Origin: Spirochaetia bacterium
Lineage (GTDB): Bacteria > Spirochaetota > Spirochaetia > SZUA-6 > Bin103
NCBI GenBank assembly: GCA_965203515.1
Contig: OZ241907.1
Span: 2,144,001-2,208,000 of the forward strand
Length of the DNA: 64,000 nucleotides
Direction of reading: 5' to 3'
In this document: in pieces, positions 1-9,922 of the stretch
How the letters are laid out: each line of letters opens with the position of its first letter
Position numbering within the stretch: the first letter of the stretch is position 1
Program-made: the position numbers and the translations under genes
Notes under the pieces: model-generated
The model's database searches: none
Told to the model about the DNA's origin: nothing
What the model saw: the letters and a program-made list of their open reading frames with translations, nothing else

Positions 1-2
1 GT

Positions 3-3000
3 CTGATCTCCGCCCCGCGCGGCGAGAGTTCCGGCTGGATCGACTTCCGCTTCGCCGACCTGCTCACCACCGCCGGGCGCCCGCTCTGCTCCGCCCTGCA
101 CCTGCTCCTCTCCGAACAGCGGCTGCTGGCGCTGCCGCGCCAGAAACGCCTCACCGCCTTGCTCGCCGACAGCCGCCGGTACCAGAACGAGGTCTCCGAG
201 CGCCTGGCCGAGCAGGTCCTGCACGCGCTGTACGAGCTGCTGCGCGGCTTCCAGAACGCCCACGACGCATCGGACGGCGCGTTGCTGAGCGAGCCGCTGG
301 CCGCCGGCGGCGACCGCAACGACATCTACCGCGGACTGCTCGCCGTCATCCTGCGGCTGGTCTTCCTGCTGTACGCGGAGGAGCGCGGCCTGCTGCCGGA
401 GGACGCGACCTTCGCGCGCCACTACGCGCTAGGCGGCCTCTACCAGCGGCTGCGCAAGGACGCTGCGGCCCACCCGGACACGATGGATCAGCGGTATGGC
501 GCCTGGGCGCAGTTGCTGGTGCTGTTTCGCCTGCTCCACGACGGGGTTGCGGCGCACCGCACCGGCGGCGCGGTGAGTCTGCCGGAGCGGAGCGGCGCGC
601 TGTTCGACCCGGACCGCTACCGGTTCCTGGAGGGCCGCCGCGGCGGCGGGGCGCGGCAGATCGACGAGCGGATACAGCCGCCGCGGGTGTCCGACGGGGT
701 GATCTACCGGGTCCTGGAGAAGCTGCTGGTGCTGGACGGGGAACGGCTCTCCTACCGGACGCTCGACGTGGAGCAGATCGGCTCGGTGTACGAGACGATC
801 ATGGGGTTTCGCCTGGAGACGGCGGCCGGGCGCTCGGTGGCGGTCAAGCCGGCGAAGAAGCTGGGGGCGCCCACCACGATCGACCTCGACGCGCTGCTGG
901 CGCAGCCTGCGGCGCGCCGCGGGCGCTGGCTGCAGGAGCGCGCCGACCGCACCGTCAGCGCCGCGGTCGCCAAGGGGGTGCGCGCCGCGGAGAGCGTGAA
1001 TGACCTGCACGCGGCGCTGGACCGGGTGCTGGATCACGCCGCGACGCCGGACCTGGTGCCGGCCGGCGGGCTGGTGCTGCAGCCCAACGAGGAGCGGCGC
1101 CGTTCCGGCTCGCACTACACGCCGCGGGAGCTGACCGAGCCGATCGTGCGCCACACGCTGGCGCCGCTGCTGGAGCGGTTGCGCGGCGCGGACGGGCGCG
1201 CGCCGCGCCCGGAGCAGGTCCTCGATCTCAAGGTCTGCGATCCGGCGATGGGATCGGGGGCGTTTCTGGTGGAGACCTGCCGCCAGCTTGCCGACGCCCT
1301 GATCGAGGCGTGGGGCGCGCACGGCGCCACGCCCGCCATTCCGGCGGATGAGGACGAGGTGACCTTCGCGCGCCGTCTGGTGGCGCAGAAGTGTCTGTAC
1401 GGCATCGACCGCAACCCGATGGCGGTCGACCTGGCCAAGGTGTCGCTGTGGCTGAGCACGCTGGCGCGCGACCATCCGTTCACCTTCGTGGACCACGCGT
1501 TCCGGCACGGCGACTCGCTGGTGGGGCTGACGCGGCGCCAGATAGAGGCGCTGCACTGGCAGGGCGGGCAGCCGATGCTGGATGGCTTCGGAGTGCGCGA
1601 GGCGTTGGCGGAGGCCGCGGAGTTGCGGCGCCGCATTCGGGAAGCGGACGACACCGTGACCGACCGGGAGCTGCAGCGTCTGTGGCGCGGCGCACAGGAC
1701 GCGCTGGGGGAGGTGCGGCGGTTCGGCGATCTGACGCTGGCGGCGTTCTTCGAGGGCTCCAAGCCGAAGGAGCGGGAGTCGCGCCGGGCGGCGTACCGGC
1801 AAGCGATCCTGGATCAGCAGGCGTGGCGGTACGCGGGGGAGCTGGCGGTCCGACGTAACGCCGAGGTGCCGTTCGCGCCATTCCACTGGGAGATCGAGTT
1901 CCCCGAGGTGTTCGAGCGGGAGAACCCCGGCTTCGACGGCTTCGTAGGCAATCCGCCGTTCGCGGGCAAGAACAGCGTCGCCGCCGGCAACGTCGCCGGC
2001 TATCCGATCTGGCTCAAGGAACTGCACGCGCAGAGCCACGGCAACGCCGACCTGGTAGCGCACTTCTACCGGCGCGCGTTCGACCTGCTGCGCGGCGGCG
2101 GCGCGTTCGGCCTGATCGCCACCAACACCATCGCCCAGGGCGATACCCGTTCCAGCGGCCTGCGCTGGATCTGCGAGCGCGGCGGGGATGTCTACCGCGC
2201 CGTCAAGCGCGTCAAGTGGCCGGGCGATGCGGCGGTGGTGGTCAGCGTGGTGCACGTGGAGAAGGGCGAGTTTGCCGGCAAGAGGATGCTCGACGGTGCC
2301 CCGGTAGAGCGCATCACGGCGTTTCTGTTCCATCGCGGCGGGCATGCCGATCCGGTGCGGCTGGCGGCCAACGCCGGCAAGAGCTTTCAGGGCAGCATCG
2401 TGCTCGGCATGGGATTCACCTTCGACGACACCGACAAGAAGGGCGTTGCGTCACCGATTGCAGAGATGCGGCGGCTGATCGAGGCCGACCCGCGCAATCG
2501 GGAAGTGATCTTCCCCTACGTCGGCGGCGAGGAGGTGAACACCAGTCCCACGCACGCGCACCATCGCTACGTCATCAACTTCGGCGAGCGAAGCGAGGCC
2601 GAGTGCCGCCGGCGCTGGCCGGACTTGATGGCGATCGTCGAGGAGCGGGTCAAGCCGGAGCGCGCCAAGCTCACCAGGAACGCCATCGGCCGGAAACGCG
2701 CCAATTTCTGGTGGCACTACGGATCGACCGCCAAGGAACTATGGCGCGCCATCGCCAGCCTGGACCAAGTGCTAGCGGTTTCGCGAATAGGTCAAAGAGT
2801 AGCGTTTTCACTCCTGCCGAGCCAAATCGTCTATGCCGACTCCGTCATCGTTTTCCCGTTCCAGACCTACGCAGCGTTCTGCTCCCTCCAATCCCGGTCG
2901 CACGAAATCTGGGCGCGGTTCTTCGGATCATCAATGAAGGACGATCTCCGTTACACCCCCTCCGACTGCTTCGAGACCTTCCCGTTCCCGGAAGGCTGGG

Positions 3001-3485
3001 AAACCGATCCGGCCCTCGAAGCCGCCGGCAAGGCGTACTACGAATACCGCGCCGCGCTCATGGTGGACAACGACGAGGGCATGACCAGCACCTACAACCG
3101 CTTCCACGACCTCTACGAGACCGACCCACGCATCGCCGAGCTCCGCGAGCTGCACGCCGCCATGGACCGCGCCGTGCTCGACGCCTACGGCTGGAGCGAC
3201 ATTCCCACCGCCTGCGACTTCCTCCTCGACTACGAGATCGACGAAGCCGCCTGGGGCCGCAGGAAGAAACCCTACCGCTACCGCTGGCCCGACGAAGTCC
3301 GCGACGAAGTCCTCGCCCGCCTGCTCGCCCTCAACGCCGACCGCGCCGCCGCCGAAGCCCGCGCCGGCACCGCGCCCGGCCCTCCGGTTTCGCTTCCTAT
3401 TGACGACGGCGACTCCGACAGCGGGCGGGTTATCTATGAGTTCTCGGAGCTGACCGACGGCCGCGGCAGCCCAGGCTTGGTCTGA
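3..3485 (+). CDS. N6-adenine DNA methyltransferase, DISARM DrmMI / Eco57I (type IIG-like) family; 5' end lies outside the window
   Basis: Frame is open from base 3 (LISAPRGESSGWIDF). Motifs: SGSHYTP, SAM-binding DPAMGSGAFL, catalytic GNPPF, FHWEIEFPEVF, C-terminal RYRWPDEVRDEVLARLLALN. Confidence 0.85.
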   Translation: MISAPRGESSGWIDFRFADLLTTAGRPLCSALHLLLSEQRLLALPRQKRLTALLADSRRYQNEVSERLAEQVLHALYELLRGFQNAHDASDGALLSEPLAAGGDRNDIYRGLLAVILRLVFLLYAEERGLLPEDATFARHYALGGLYQRLRKDAAAHPDTMDQRYGAWAQLLVLFRLLHDGVAAHRTGGAVSLPERSGALFDPDRYRFLEGRRGGGARQIDERIQPPRVSDGVIYRVLEKLLVLDGERLSYRTLDVEQIGSVYETIMGFRLETAAGRSVAVKPAKKLGAPTTIDLDALLAQPAARRGRWLQERADRTVSAAVAKGVRAAESVNDLHAALDRVLDHAATPDLVPAGGLVLQPNEERRRSGSHYTPRELTEPIVRHTLAPLLERLRGADGRAPRPEQVLDLKVCDPAMGSGAFLVETCRQLADALIEAWGAHGATPAIPADEDEVTFARRLVAQKCLYGIDRNPMAVDLAKVSLWLSTLARDHPFTFVDHAFRHGDSLVGLTRRQIEALHWQGGQPMLDGFGVREALAEAAELRRRIREADDTVTDRELQRLWRGAQDALGEVRRFGDLTLAAFFEGSKPKERESRRAAYRQAILDQQAWRYAGELAVRRNAEVPFAPFHWEIEFPEVFERENPGFDGFVGNPPFAGKNSVAAGNVAGYPIWLKELHAQSHGNADLVAHFYRRAFDLLRGGGAFGLIATNTIAQGDTRSSGLRWICERGGDVYRAVKRVKWPGDAAVVVSVVHVEKGEFAGKRMLDGAPVERITAFLFHRGGHADPVRLAANAGKSFQGSIVLGMGFTFDDTDKKGVASPIAEMRRLIEADPRNREVIFPYVGGEEVNTSPTHAHHRYVINFGERSEAECRRRWPDLMAIVEERVKPERAKLTRNAIGRKRANFWWHYGSTAKELWRAIASLDQVLAVSRIGQRVAFSLLPSQIVYADSVIVFPFQTYAAFCSLQSRSHEIWARFFGSSMKDDLRYTPSDCFETFPFPEGWETDPALEAAGKAYYEYRAALMVDNDEGMTSTYNRFHDLYETDPRIAELRELHAAMDRAVLDAYGWSDIPTACDFLLDYEIDEAAWGRRKKPYRYRWPDEVRDEVLARLLALNADRAAAEARAGTAPGPPVSLPIDDGDSDSGRVIYEFSELTDGRGSPGLV

Positions 3486-4969
3486 GGAACGGACGAGCTC
3501 ACGCCGCCCTTTCGGCGGAGGTCGAGGCCAAACAGATAGAGGTCCGGCACGTCGATCCGGTCATCCGAACGCCGGCGAAAGATGCCGAGCTCGACCAGGT
3601 AATCTACCAGACGGTCGGGCCGTTCCTCCGGCGGGCGGAAGTCGGTGTTTTCGCCTGACCCCCAGGCGCCGTCCCATTCGTGTTCCAACAAGCTCACGAT
3701 TTCCTCGCGGGACCACGGGACCAGCGGCTGGCCGCGGAGACGTTCCCGCACTCCTTCGAGCCATGGCCACTCGCTGCTCGCATGCCTAACGTGATCCTGG
3801 GATACGTCGTCGAGCGCCTGCCGCAGGGCGGTCGGATGCAGCAGCTTCGGCGCGCGCAGCGTTCGATGTGAGGCGTCTTTCGTAGCTGCCTGCTCGAGCA
3901 GGCGTACCAGCGTCCGGGGCGAGACCTGCGCGTTCCCGTCGCGCAGATGATCGAGCACCCAGTTGCGCACGTAGCCCTTCTTTCGGCCGGCTCCCATGTA
4001 CTCCCCGGCTATGCGCTCCAGCAGCGGATATGCGTACTCGGGCCGCTCGATCTTCGGCAGCAGTCCAAGCGCCGGGTCCTGAGCGAATGCGATTCTGGCT
4101 CCGCGGCAGTAATCGGCAAGCGGCGCGGAGGTGTTGGCGATGCGCTTCACCAGCATGCCGAGAAGGTTGGCATCGGACCAGACCAGCTCGGATCGATTGG
4201 CTGCCAGCTTGGCGAAGTCAGCGGTGCCCATGCCGGAGTGACGGCGAAACAGATCGGACCGCAGGAAGATCTTGGCCCGTATTCGCTGCCACCGCCGGCC
4301 GTATTCGGACCAGAAGGCGATAAGTCCGCGAACCAGCCGGGCCATCAGGTCCCAATTGGAACCGCCCAGCGTGTCCAGCTCGTCGTATCCGACGAAGATC
4401 CAGCGGTCCTCCTGCTGCAGACGTTTTTCCAGCAAGTCCAACGCAGCCGTGGGATTCACCGTCAGCTCCCCCATCGCTCTGAGAATCGAGCCAATGGCCG
4501 CGGCCGTCGGCGCCGTCAAAGACCTGAACTGCTTCCTCACCGAAGCGGGAAACTCGCTGTTGAGGCGTCGTGTCAGCATGATGTGCCAGAGCGTCTTTGC
4601 TCGCGCGTCCGAATCGATGCGTCGATCCAAGGCAAAACTATCCGGAAATTCCGTTCCGGCCGGGTACGCCGGTATCCACGCTGCGGAAGCGGGTTGAATC
4701 GTCAGTCGGACGGGTTTTGCGGCGTACCGCAAGATGGAGCCGCCAAGTCCGTCGTGCTTGAAGAACGCGTTGAACAGCTCGCTCTTTCCCGAGCCGCGCG
4801 GACCGACGACCAGCGCCACGTTCGGGTCGAGTGCCCTGAGATGTTCCGGTACCGGGTACAGGCGGCGGCGAAAGAGATCGGATGCTTCCCCTTCCGCCTG
4901 GCCGTAGCCAAGATCGCGGAGCTCGGTACGCAACTCCGCGCATGCCTGCTTGGTGAGTCTCCGGCTCAT
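3434..4969 (-). CDS. P-loop ATPase (Sll1717-like family), third gene of a coupled triad
   Basis: Walker A GPRGSGKS, Walker B IFVGYDELD, KIFLRSDLF. ATG overlaps the upstream stop (ATGA, 4966-4969). Confidence 0.75.
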   Translation of the reverse strand: MSRRLTKQACAELRTELRDLGYGQAEGEASDLFRRRLYPVPEHLRALDPNVALVVGPRGSGKSELFNAFFKHDGLGGSILRYAAKPVRLTIQPASAAWIPAYPAGTEFPDSFALDRRIDSDARAKTLWHIMLTRRLNSEFPASVRKQFRSLTAPTAAAIGSILRAMGELTVNPTAALDLLEKRLQQEDRWIFVGYDELDTLGGSNWDLMARLVRGLIAFWSEYGRRWQRIRAKIFLRSDLFRRHSGMGTADFAKLAANRSELVWSDANLLGMLVKRIANTSAPLADYCRGARIAFAQDPALGLLPKIERPEYAYPLLERIAGEYMGAGRKKGYVRNWVLDHLRDGNAQVSPRTLVRLLEQAATKDASHRTLRAPKLLHPTALRQALDDVSQDHVRHASSEWPWLEGVRERLRGQPLVPWSREEIVSLLEHEWDGAWGSGENTDFRPPEERPDRLVDYLVELGIFRRRSDDRIDVPDLYLFGLDLRRKGGVSSSVPQTKPGLPRPSVSSENS

Positions 4970-6267
4970 CGTCGTGATCGCACCCGCTCCACGAGCTGCT
5001 TGTAGGGCTCGCCTTCAAGCAGAACGTTGCTCACTTCGCTCAGGTCGCGGAACAGCGCGAGGCGCTCATCGTATGGCAGGACGACCGGAACGTGGGGGGC
5101 GTCGGTGCTCTCCATGTCGTCCAACGACCAGGCCCCGTCCTCCTGTTCCCGCTCGGCGTAGTAGTGGTCGCTGAACACGTCGCGGGCGCGGTCGGTGAAC
5201 GCGGCGACCAACTCCTGATATTGGCGTTCCTGGGATCGAGGCACCATCGCCGCCGCCAGAAGGCACTCGGCTTGAGGTTGCCGCGCCCGCACCCGATCTG
5301 CTCCGAGCCGGTCCAGAATCATCTCCAGGCCGCGCCAGCTCGCGTCCGCCAAAGTCGCTGCCAATACGTGGAGGTGGCACAGACCCCCCATCACGAAGCC
5401 GGATGCGTTGCCGAGTCCGGCGCGCGCGTCGATGAGTATCCAGTGCGGATGGAGATGCTCGCGGATTTCCCGGAGGAGTTGGACGAAGGGATGCGTCTGA
5501 TTGATTGGAACACCGTAGTCCAGCCGCGCCAGCTTCCCGACGTAGCGCCGATCGGCGGACCCGGCCGGGAACACCGCGATCTCGCCCGTCCCGGCGTAGA
5601 GCGAGGTCGGACACCGATGGAAGTAATCCGCAAGGTCCAGGCCGGAGCCGGCTCCGTCTTCGGCGACGATCGGCCGCTCCAGCAGGTAGTCGGCGATGCC
5701 CCACTGCGCCGTGGCATCGTCGTGCCCTGCCAACAGAAATCCGACGCCCGGGGCATCGAGATCGAAATCGACGACCGCCACGCGTTCGCCGGCTGCGGCC
5801 AAGTGCAGCGCCGTCGCCGCAAGCGCGGTCGATCGGCCAACGCCGCCCTTGAACGAATAGAACGAGACGATCGCCGGATCGTCGTTCCGAACCGCCCACG
5901 GAGGTTCGGCGGGGGCCTGGAACCAACCCTCCTTGGTGCGCTGCCGTTCCATGATCCGCAGCCTGGTCGTATCCGGAACGGCAGCGGCCTGTTGCCATGC
6001 TTCGTTCTGCCACGGCCCGTCGGGATATTCCTTCGGTCCGCAGCCTTTGAGCACGTCGCCGGACCAATATGCGGAGGCTGCTTGCTTAAGTGTCTCGTCG
6101 ATCTCCGTGCGGGCCGATTCCCAGCTCCCTTTCGGGCACCACAGAATGACCCGGAGTCGGTAGAACAAATCGTAGATCAACAGGATGCCCCATGCTGTCG
6201 TCTTGTCCCGGAGAAATTCGGTCAGAGAGTCCCGTGCCTGGCGGTGAGCCTCGTCGGCATGGATCAT
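4966..6267 (-). CDS. ParA/MinD-like ATPase, KGGVGR Walker-A variant, with an N-terminal extension
   Basis: FYSFKGGVGRST, VDFDLDAPG, LIDARAG. Likely start MIHADE at 6267, TGATG overlap with the HEPN stop. Confidence 0.8.
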   Translation of the reverse strand: MIHADEAHRQARDSLTEFLRDKTTAWGILLIYDLFYRLRVILWCPKGSWESARTEIDETLKQAASAYWSGDVLKGCGPKEYPDGPWQNEAWQQAAAVPDTTRLRIMERQRTKEGWFQAPAEPPWAVRNDDPAIVSFYSFKGGVGRSTALAATALHLAAAGERVAVVDFDLDAPGVGFLLAGHDDATAQWGIADYLLERPIVAEDGAGSGLDLADYFHRCPTSLYAGTGEIAVFPAGSADRRYVGKLARLDYGVPINQTHPFVQLLREIREHLHPHWILIDARAGLGNASGFVMGGLCHLHVLAATLADASWRGLEMILDRLGADRVRARQPQAECLLAAAMVPRSQERQYQELVAAFTDRARDVFSDHYYAEREQEDGAWSLDDMESTDAPHVPVVLPYDERLALFRDLSEVSNVLLEGEPYKQLVERVRSRR

Positions 6268-6692
6268 CAGATATTTCCGTCCATTTTCAGCTCGCCAATG
6301 ATTCGAGAGTAGATATTTGTAGCCTCTCGAAGCCACATTCCGGCGGTGGAAGAGTCAGTGACGTCGGCGGCTTGGTAGCGCATTTCCGGATTCCATGCAA
6401 GTATATGAGCGCCCCGCAGAATCTTCCTGGCGGATGCGTACATTTGCTTCGTGGGGCGATCCGCAAGAGCGGCGATAGTCCCCAACGTGCTATCGAGGCC
6501 CTGAAGGTCGTGCGAACGATGGAACCGCTCCGTTTGCATTTGAATGAGAGTTTTCAAGGCGCACTCTACTACGTATCCGGCCAGGTAAGCAGTGCCGTCA
6601 TGGCGAGCGCCGTCCATGAGAACCGACGCGTCATGGAGGTGCTTGCCGGCGGCCTCGGGATAGTCGTCACCATTGCTCTGCAGGCGGCTCAT
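6267..6692 (-). CDS. HEPN domain protein
   Basis: 141 aa with the HEPN pattern KHLHDASVL / YLAGYVVECALK / RSHDL / WNPEMRY. Confidence 0.75.
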   Translation of the reverse strand: MSRLQSNGDDYPEAAGKHLHDASVLMDGARHDGTAYLAGYVVECALKTLIQMQTERFHRSHDLQGLDSTLGTIAALADRPTKQMYASARKILRGAHILAWNPEMRYQAADVTDSSTAGMWLREATNIYSRIIGELKMDGNI

Positions 6693-6984
6693 ATGCGGCT
6701 GACAGCGTCATAGCAGACGGCGCGGGCGGCGTCAACCGTGGACGGCGGCTTGGCTGATGCGTCGAGTCTCCCCGGACTGCCGACAGCCGGACTGGACCCG
6801 GAGTTGATGGTCAAGCGGTCGCCGCGCCGTAATCGGAGACGATGCTGACCACCGGCAAGTTGCGCGCGTCGATGACGGATCACGAGTCCGACCGCGTCCG
6901 ACATTTGGAAATGCGGCGCCGCCCTTCCCGCTGGCGCGGGTGGACCGGCTCATGCTATCGTCTGCCGTATGGAGGATTGCCGCC

Positions 6985-7170
6985 ATGACCAGCTCCACGC
7001 CCGCTTCCGGCGCTATCGAGCAGCCCACCGGGACGGTGTCCCTGTGGTCGAAACCGATGCCAAGCCATCCCCCGCATGTACACGGTCGCCGGACTGCGCG
7101 ACTACTTCCGCCGCCGGCCCGACGACGTCTACGTCTCCGGCAACCCGCTCCTCTACTACGACACTGAGTC
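6985..7170 (+). pseudogene. Frameshifted, truncated Uma2 (DUF820) endonuclease fragment
   Basis: GGAGG RBS and ATG at 6985. Successive frames give DGVPVVETD and LRDYFRRRPDDVYVSGNPLLYYD, resembling Uma2 N-termini. Cut off where the next gene starts. Confidence 0.55.
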
Positions 7171-8643
7171 ATGATCACTAGCCGCGACCATGACTACCTC
7201 CTCGGTCTCGTCCGTGAGCTGTGCATGCTGCCGCACGAAACCGAATGGGTCGAGTTCAAGGTCGATCATGACCAGCCGGATCGTATCGGTCGATACATCT
7301 CCGCGTTGGCCAACGGGGCGGCGCTCCACGGCAAGGTGAATGCGTACGTGCTCTGGGGGATCGAGAACCATACGCATGCAGTCACGGGTACGGGCTTCTC
7401 GCCGAGCACTGCGAAGAAGGGCAACGAGCCGCTGGAGACGTGGTTGCTGCGGCTCCTGAGTCCTCGCATCGACTTCCGCTTTCACGAAGTCGTGGCTGAT
7501 GGAGCACGGGTCGTGCTCCTGGAGATCGACCGTGCATCTCGGCAGCCGGTCGCATTCAGCGGCGTGGAGTTCATTCGAGTTGGCGGTACCACCGGAAAGC
7601 TCAAAGAATATCCTGAGAAAGAACGGGAACTCTGGCGAATCTTCGACCGCGTGCCCTTCGAGGACGGCGTTGCCGCGGAATGGGTAAGCGATGAGGACGT
7701 TCTGCTCAGGCTCGACTATCCGGCCTATTTCGACCTCCTTGCCGCGCCGCTGCCGGATGGCCGTACCGCCATCCTCGACGCGCTGCGGAGAGACCGGATA
7801 ATCGCTCCCGGTAGGGCAGGCGGATTCGACATCACCAATTTGGGCGCCATCCTGCTCGCCAGGAATCTCGGCGACTTCTCCCGACTGAAACGTAAGAGCC
7901 TGCGCGTGATCGAATACCGCGGCGCGGGCCGCACCGAGACGTTGAAGGAACACGAATGCACCAAGGGCTATGCATCCGGTTTCGAGCAGCTGGTAGACTA
8001 CATCGACGCCAGACTGCCGGCTAAAGAGGAACTGGGGCAGGCGTTACGCCAGTCGGTGCCGGAGTTCCCGGCACCGGCGGTGCGCGAGCTGGTCGGGAAC
8101 GCCCTCATCCATCAGGACTTCTCCGTGACCGGTGCCGGGCCGATGGTCGAAATCTTCGCCGGGCGCATCGAGATCACGAATCCCGGCGAGCCGCTGGTAG
8201 AAACGCGGCGCTTCCTGGACAGTCCGCCCGCTTCCCGCAACGAAGCGCTCACTTCGCTTATGCGCCGCTTTCGGATCTGCGAGGAACGGGGCAGCGGAAT
8301 CGACAAGGTCGTGGCCGAGGTCGAGCGTCACCAACTGCCGGCTCCGCTCTTCGAGGCGCCGCCGAACTTCACCCGCGTCGTGCTCTTCGCCCGCAAGCCG
8401 ATGGCCGACATGGATAGAGCCGAACGGATGCGGGCCTGCTATCTGCACGCCTGCCTGCAATACGTGAATCGCCAGCGTATGACCAACGCCTCGCTGCGGG
8501 AACGATTTGGGATTTCCGAGAACAATGCGTCCATGGCGTCACGGCTCCTCAATGAGGCGGTCACGGCGGGCCTCATCGTGATCGAAGATCCCGCCGTAGG
8601 GACGCGAAACCGCAGTTACGCCCCCTTCTGGGGCGGCTCCTGA
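7171..8643 (+). CDS. AlbA_2/Schlafen-like domain + HATPase_c_4 + wHTH protein
   Basis: ETEWVEFK...YISALAN...YVLWGI; AVRELVGNALIHQDF; IEITNPG; ICEERGSGIDK. Confidence 0.85.
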   Translation: MITSRDHDYLLGLVRELCMLPHETEWVEFKVDHDQPDRIGRYISALANGAALHGKVNAYVLWGIENHTHAVTGTGFSPSTAKKGNEPLETWLLRLLSPRIDFRFHEVVADGARVVLLEIDRASRQPVAFSGVEFIRVGGTTGKLKEYPEKERELWRIFDRVPFEDGVAAEWVSDEDVLLRLDYPAYFDLLAAPLPDGRTAILDALRRDRIIAPGRAGGFDITNLGAILLARNLGDFSRLKRKSLRVIEYRGAGRTETLKEHECTKGYASGFEQLVDYIDARLPAKEELGQALRQSVPEFPAPAVRELVGNALIHQDFSVTGAGPMVEIFAGRIEITNPGEPLVETRRFLDSPPASRNEALTSLMRRFRICEERGSGIDKVVAEVERHQLPAPLFEAPPNFTRVVLFARKPMADMDRAERMRACYLHACLQYVNRQRMTNASLRERFGISENNASMASRLLNEAVTAGLIVIEDPAVGTRNRSYAPFWGGS

Positions 8644-8709
8644 ACTGGTTGGGCCGGGTTGCCGATTTGCTTCATGGATGCTTGACAGATTCCCTTCCGA
8701 CACGTCGCA

Positions 8710-8748
8710 TTGTTCAATAAAGCGTTGTATGAACAACAAATATTTGTT
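8710..8748. promoter_or_regulatory. Overlapping AT-rich inverted repeats, candidate operator upstream of the BMP gene
   Basis: TTGTTCA-N13-TGAACAA (8710-8736) and perfect palindrome AACAAATATTTGTT (8735-8748) in GC-rich DNA. Confidence 0.5.
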
Positions 8749-8887
8749 TGACTGTTGCTTGATCGGTACGGTCCGGTTCGACCGGATGACGTCAACCTGG
8801 CATGGTCCGCGGAGAACCGTCACGCCGAGGCCCGCTCCGGCGCCCGGCCACCGGCACCGCAGACGGCTTTCCGGTAGGCTTGCGGTG

Positions 8888-9922
8888 ATGCGCACGATGA
8901 AGATGAGAGCGACGGGGCAGCGCCTCCGCGTCATGCTGGCGGCCGTAGCGGCGGCGGCCCTGCTCGGCGCCGGGCCGGCGGCAGCCGACGACGCGGCCGC
9001 CGGCCCGATCAGGGCGGCGGCGGTCTACACGCAGCCGGTCACGCAGAAGTGGGTCCGCCGCCTGCACGAGGCGCTCAGCGCGGCGCAGCGCCGGGGCGAG
9101 ATCGAGTACGTCTTCTCCGAGCAGGTGGCGAGCGGCGGCGACTACGTCCGCGCGCTGCGCGAGTACGCCGCGAGCGGCGCCGCGCTGATCGTCGGCGAGG
9201 CGTTCGGCATCGGCGCCGAAGCCCGGCAGGTGGCCGACGACCATCCCGGCATCGCCTTCCTGATGGGCGACTCCCGGCCGCCGCACGGCGCCAACTTCGC
9301 GGTGTTCGACAACTACCTCCACGAAGCCTGCTACCTGATGGGCCTCCTGGCCGGTTCGATGACCGCGACCGACCGGATCGGCATGGTCGGCGGCTACCCG
9401 ATCGGCGAGGTGAACCGCCTGTTCCAGGCATTCATGGCCGGCGCGCGCTCGGTCAACCCGCAGGTCGAGTTCAAGGTGACGTTCATCGACTCCTGGTATG
9501 ACCCGCCGCAGGCCAGGGCGGCGGCGCTGGCGCAGGTAGCGGCCGGCGTCGACGTGCTCTACGCGGAGCGCGCCGGGGTGGTGGACGCCGCCCGCGAAAG
9601 CGGCATCATCGCCTTCGGCAGCGTCACCGACATGAACCGGGAGGAGAACGGCCGCGGCGTCGTCGTCACCTCCGCGCTCTGGGACATGAACCCCGCCATC
9701 GGCCACGCCGTTCAGGCGGTCAGAGAGGGCCGCTTCGAAGCTGCCGACTACCGGGAATGGACCATGATGGCGAAGGGCGGCGCCCGCCTGGCTCCGTACT
9801 ACGAGTTCGAGGAGCGCATCCCGGCCGCCGCCAAGGCACTGGTCGAAGAGATCAGGGCCGACATCCTCGCCGGCCGCCGGGTGGTCGAAATCGACGACGC
9901 CGTCCCCGAGTCGACGTACTGA
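8888..9922 (+). CDS. BMP family ABC transporter substrate-binding protein (nucleoside/purine type)
   Basis: Signal peptide; IGMVGGYPIGEVNRL, FIDSWYDP, GVDVLYAER. Start codon uncertain. Confidence 0.85.
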   Translation: MRTMKMRATGQRLRVMLAAVAAAALLGAGPAAADDAAAGPIRAAAVYTQPVTQKWVRRLHEALSAAQRRGEIEYVFSEQVASGGDYVRALREYAASGAALIVGEAFGIGAEARQVADDHPGIAFLMGDSRPPHGANFAVFDNYLHEACYLMGLLAGSMTATDRIGMVGGYPIGEVNRLFQAFMAGARSVNPQVEFKVTFIDSWYDPPQARAAALAQVAAGVDVLYAERAGVVDAARESGIIAFGSVTDMNREENGRGVVVTSALWDMNPAIGHAVQAVREGRFEAADYREWTMMAKGGARLAPYYEFEERIPAAAKALVEEIRADILAGRRVVEIDDAVPESTY

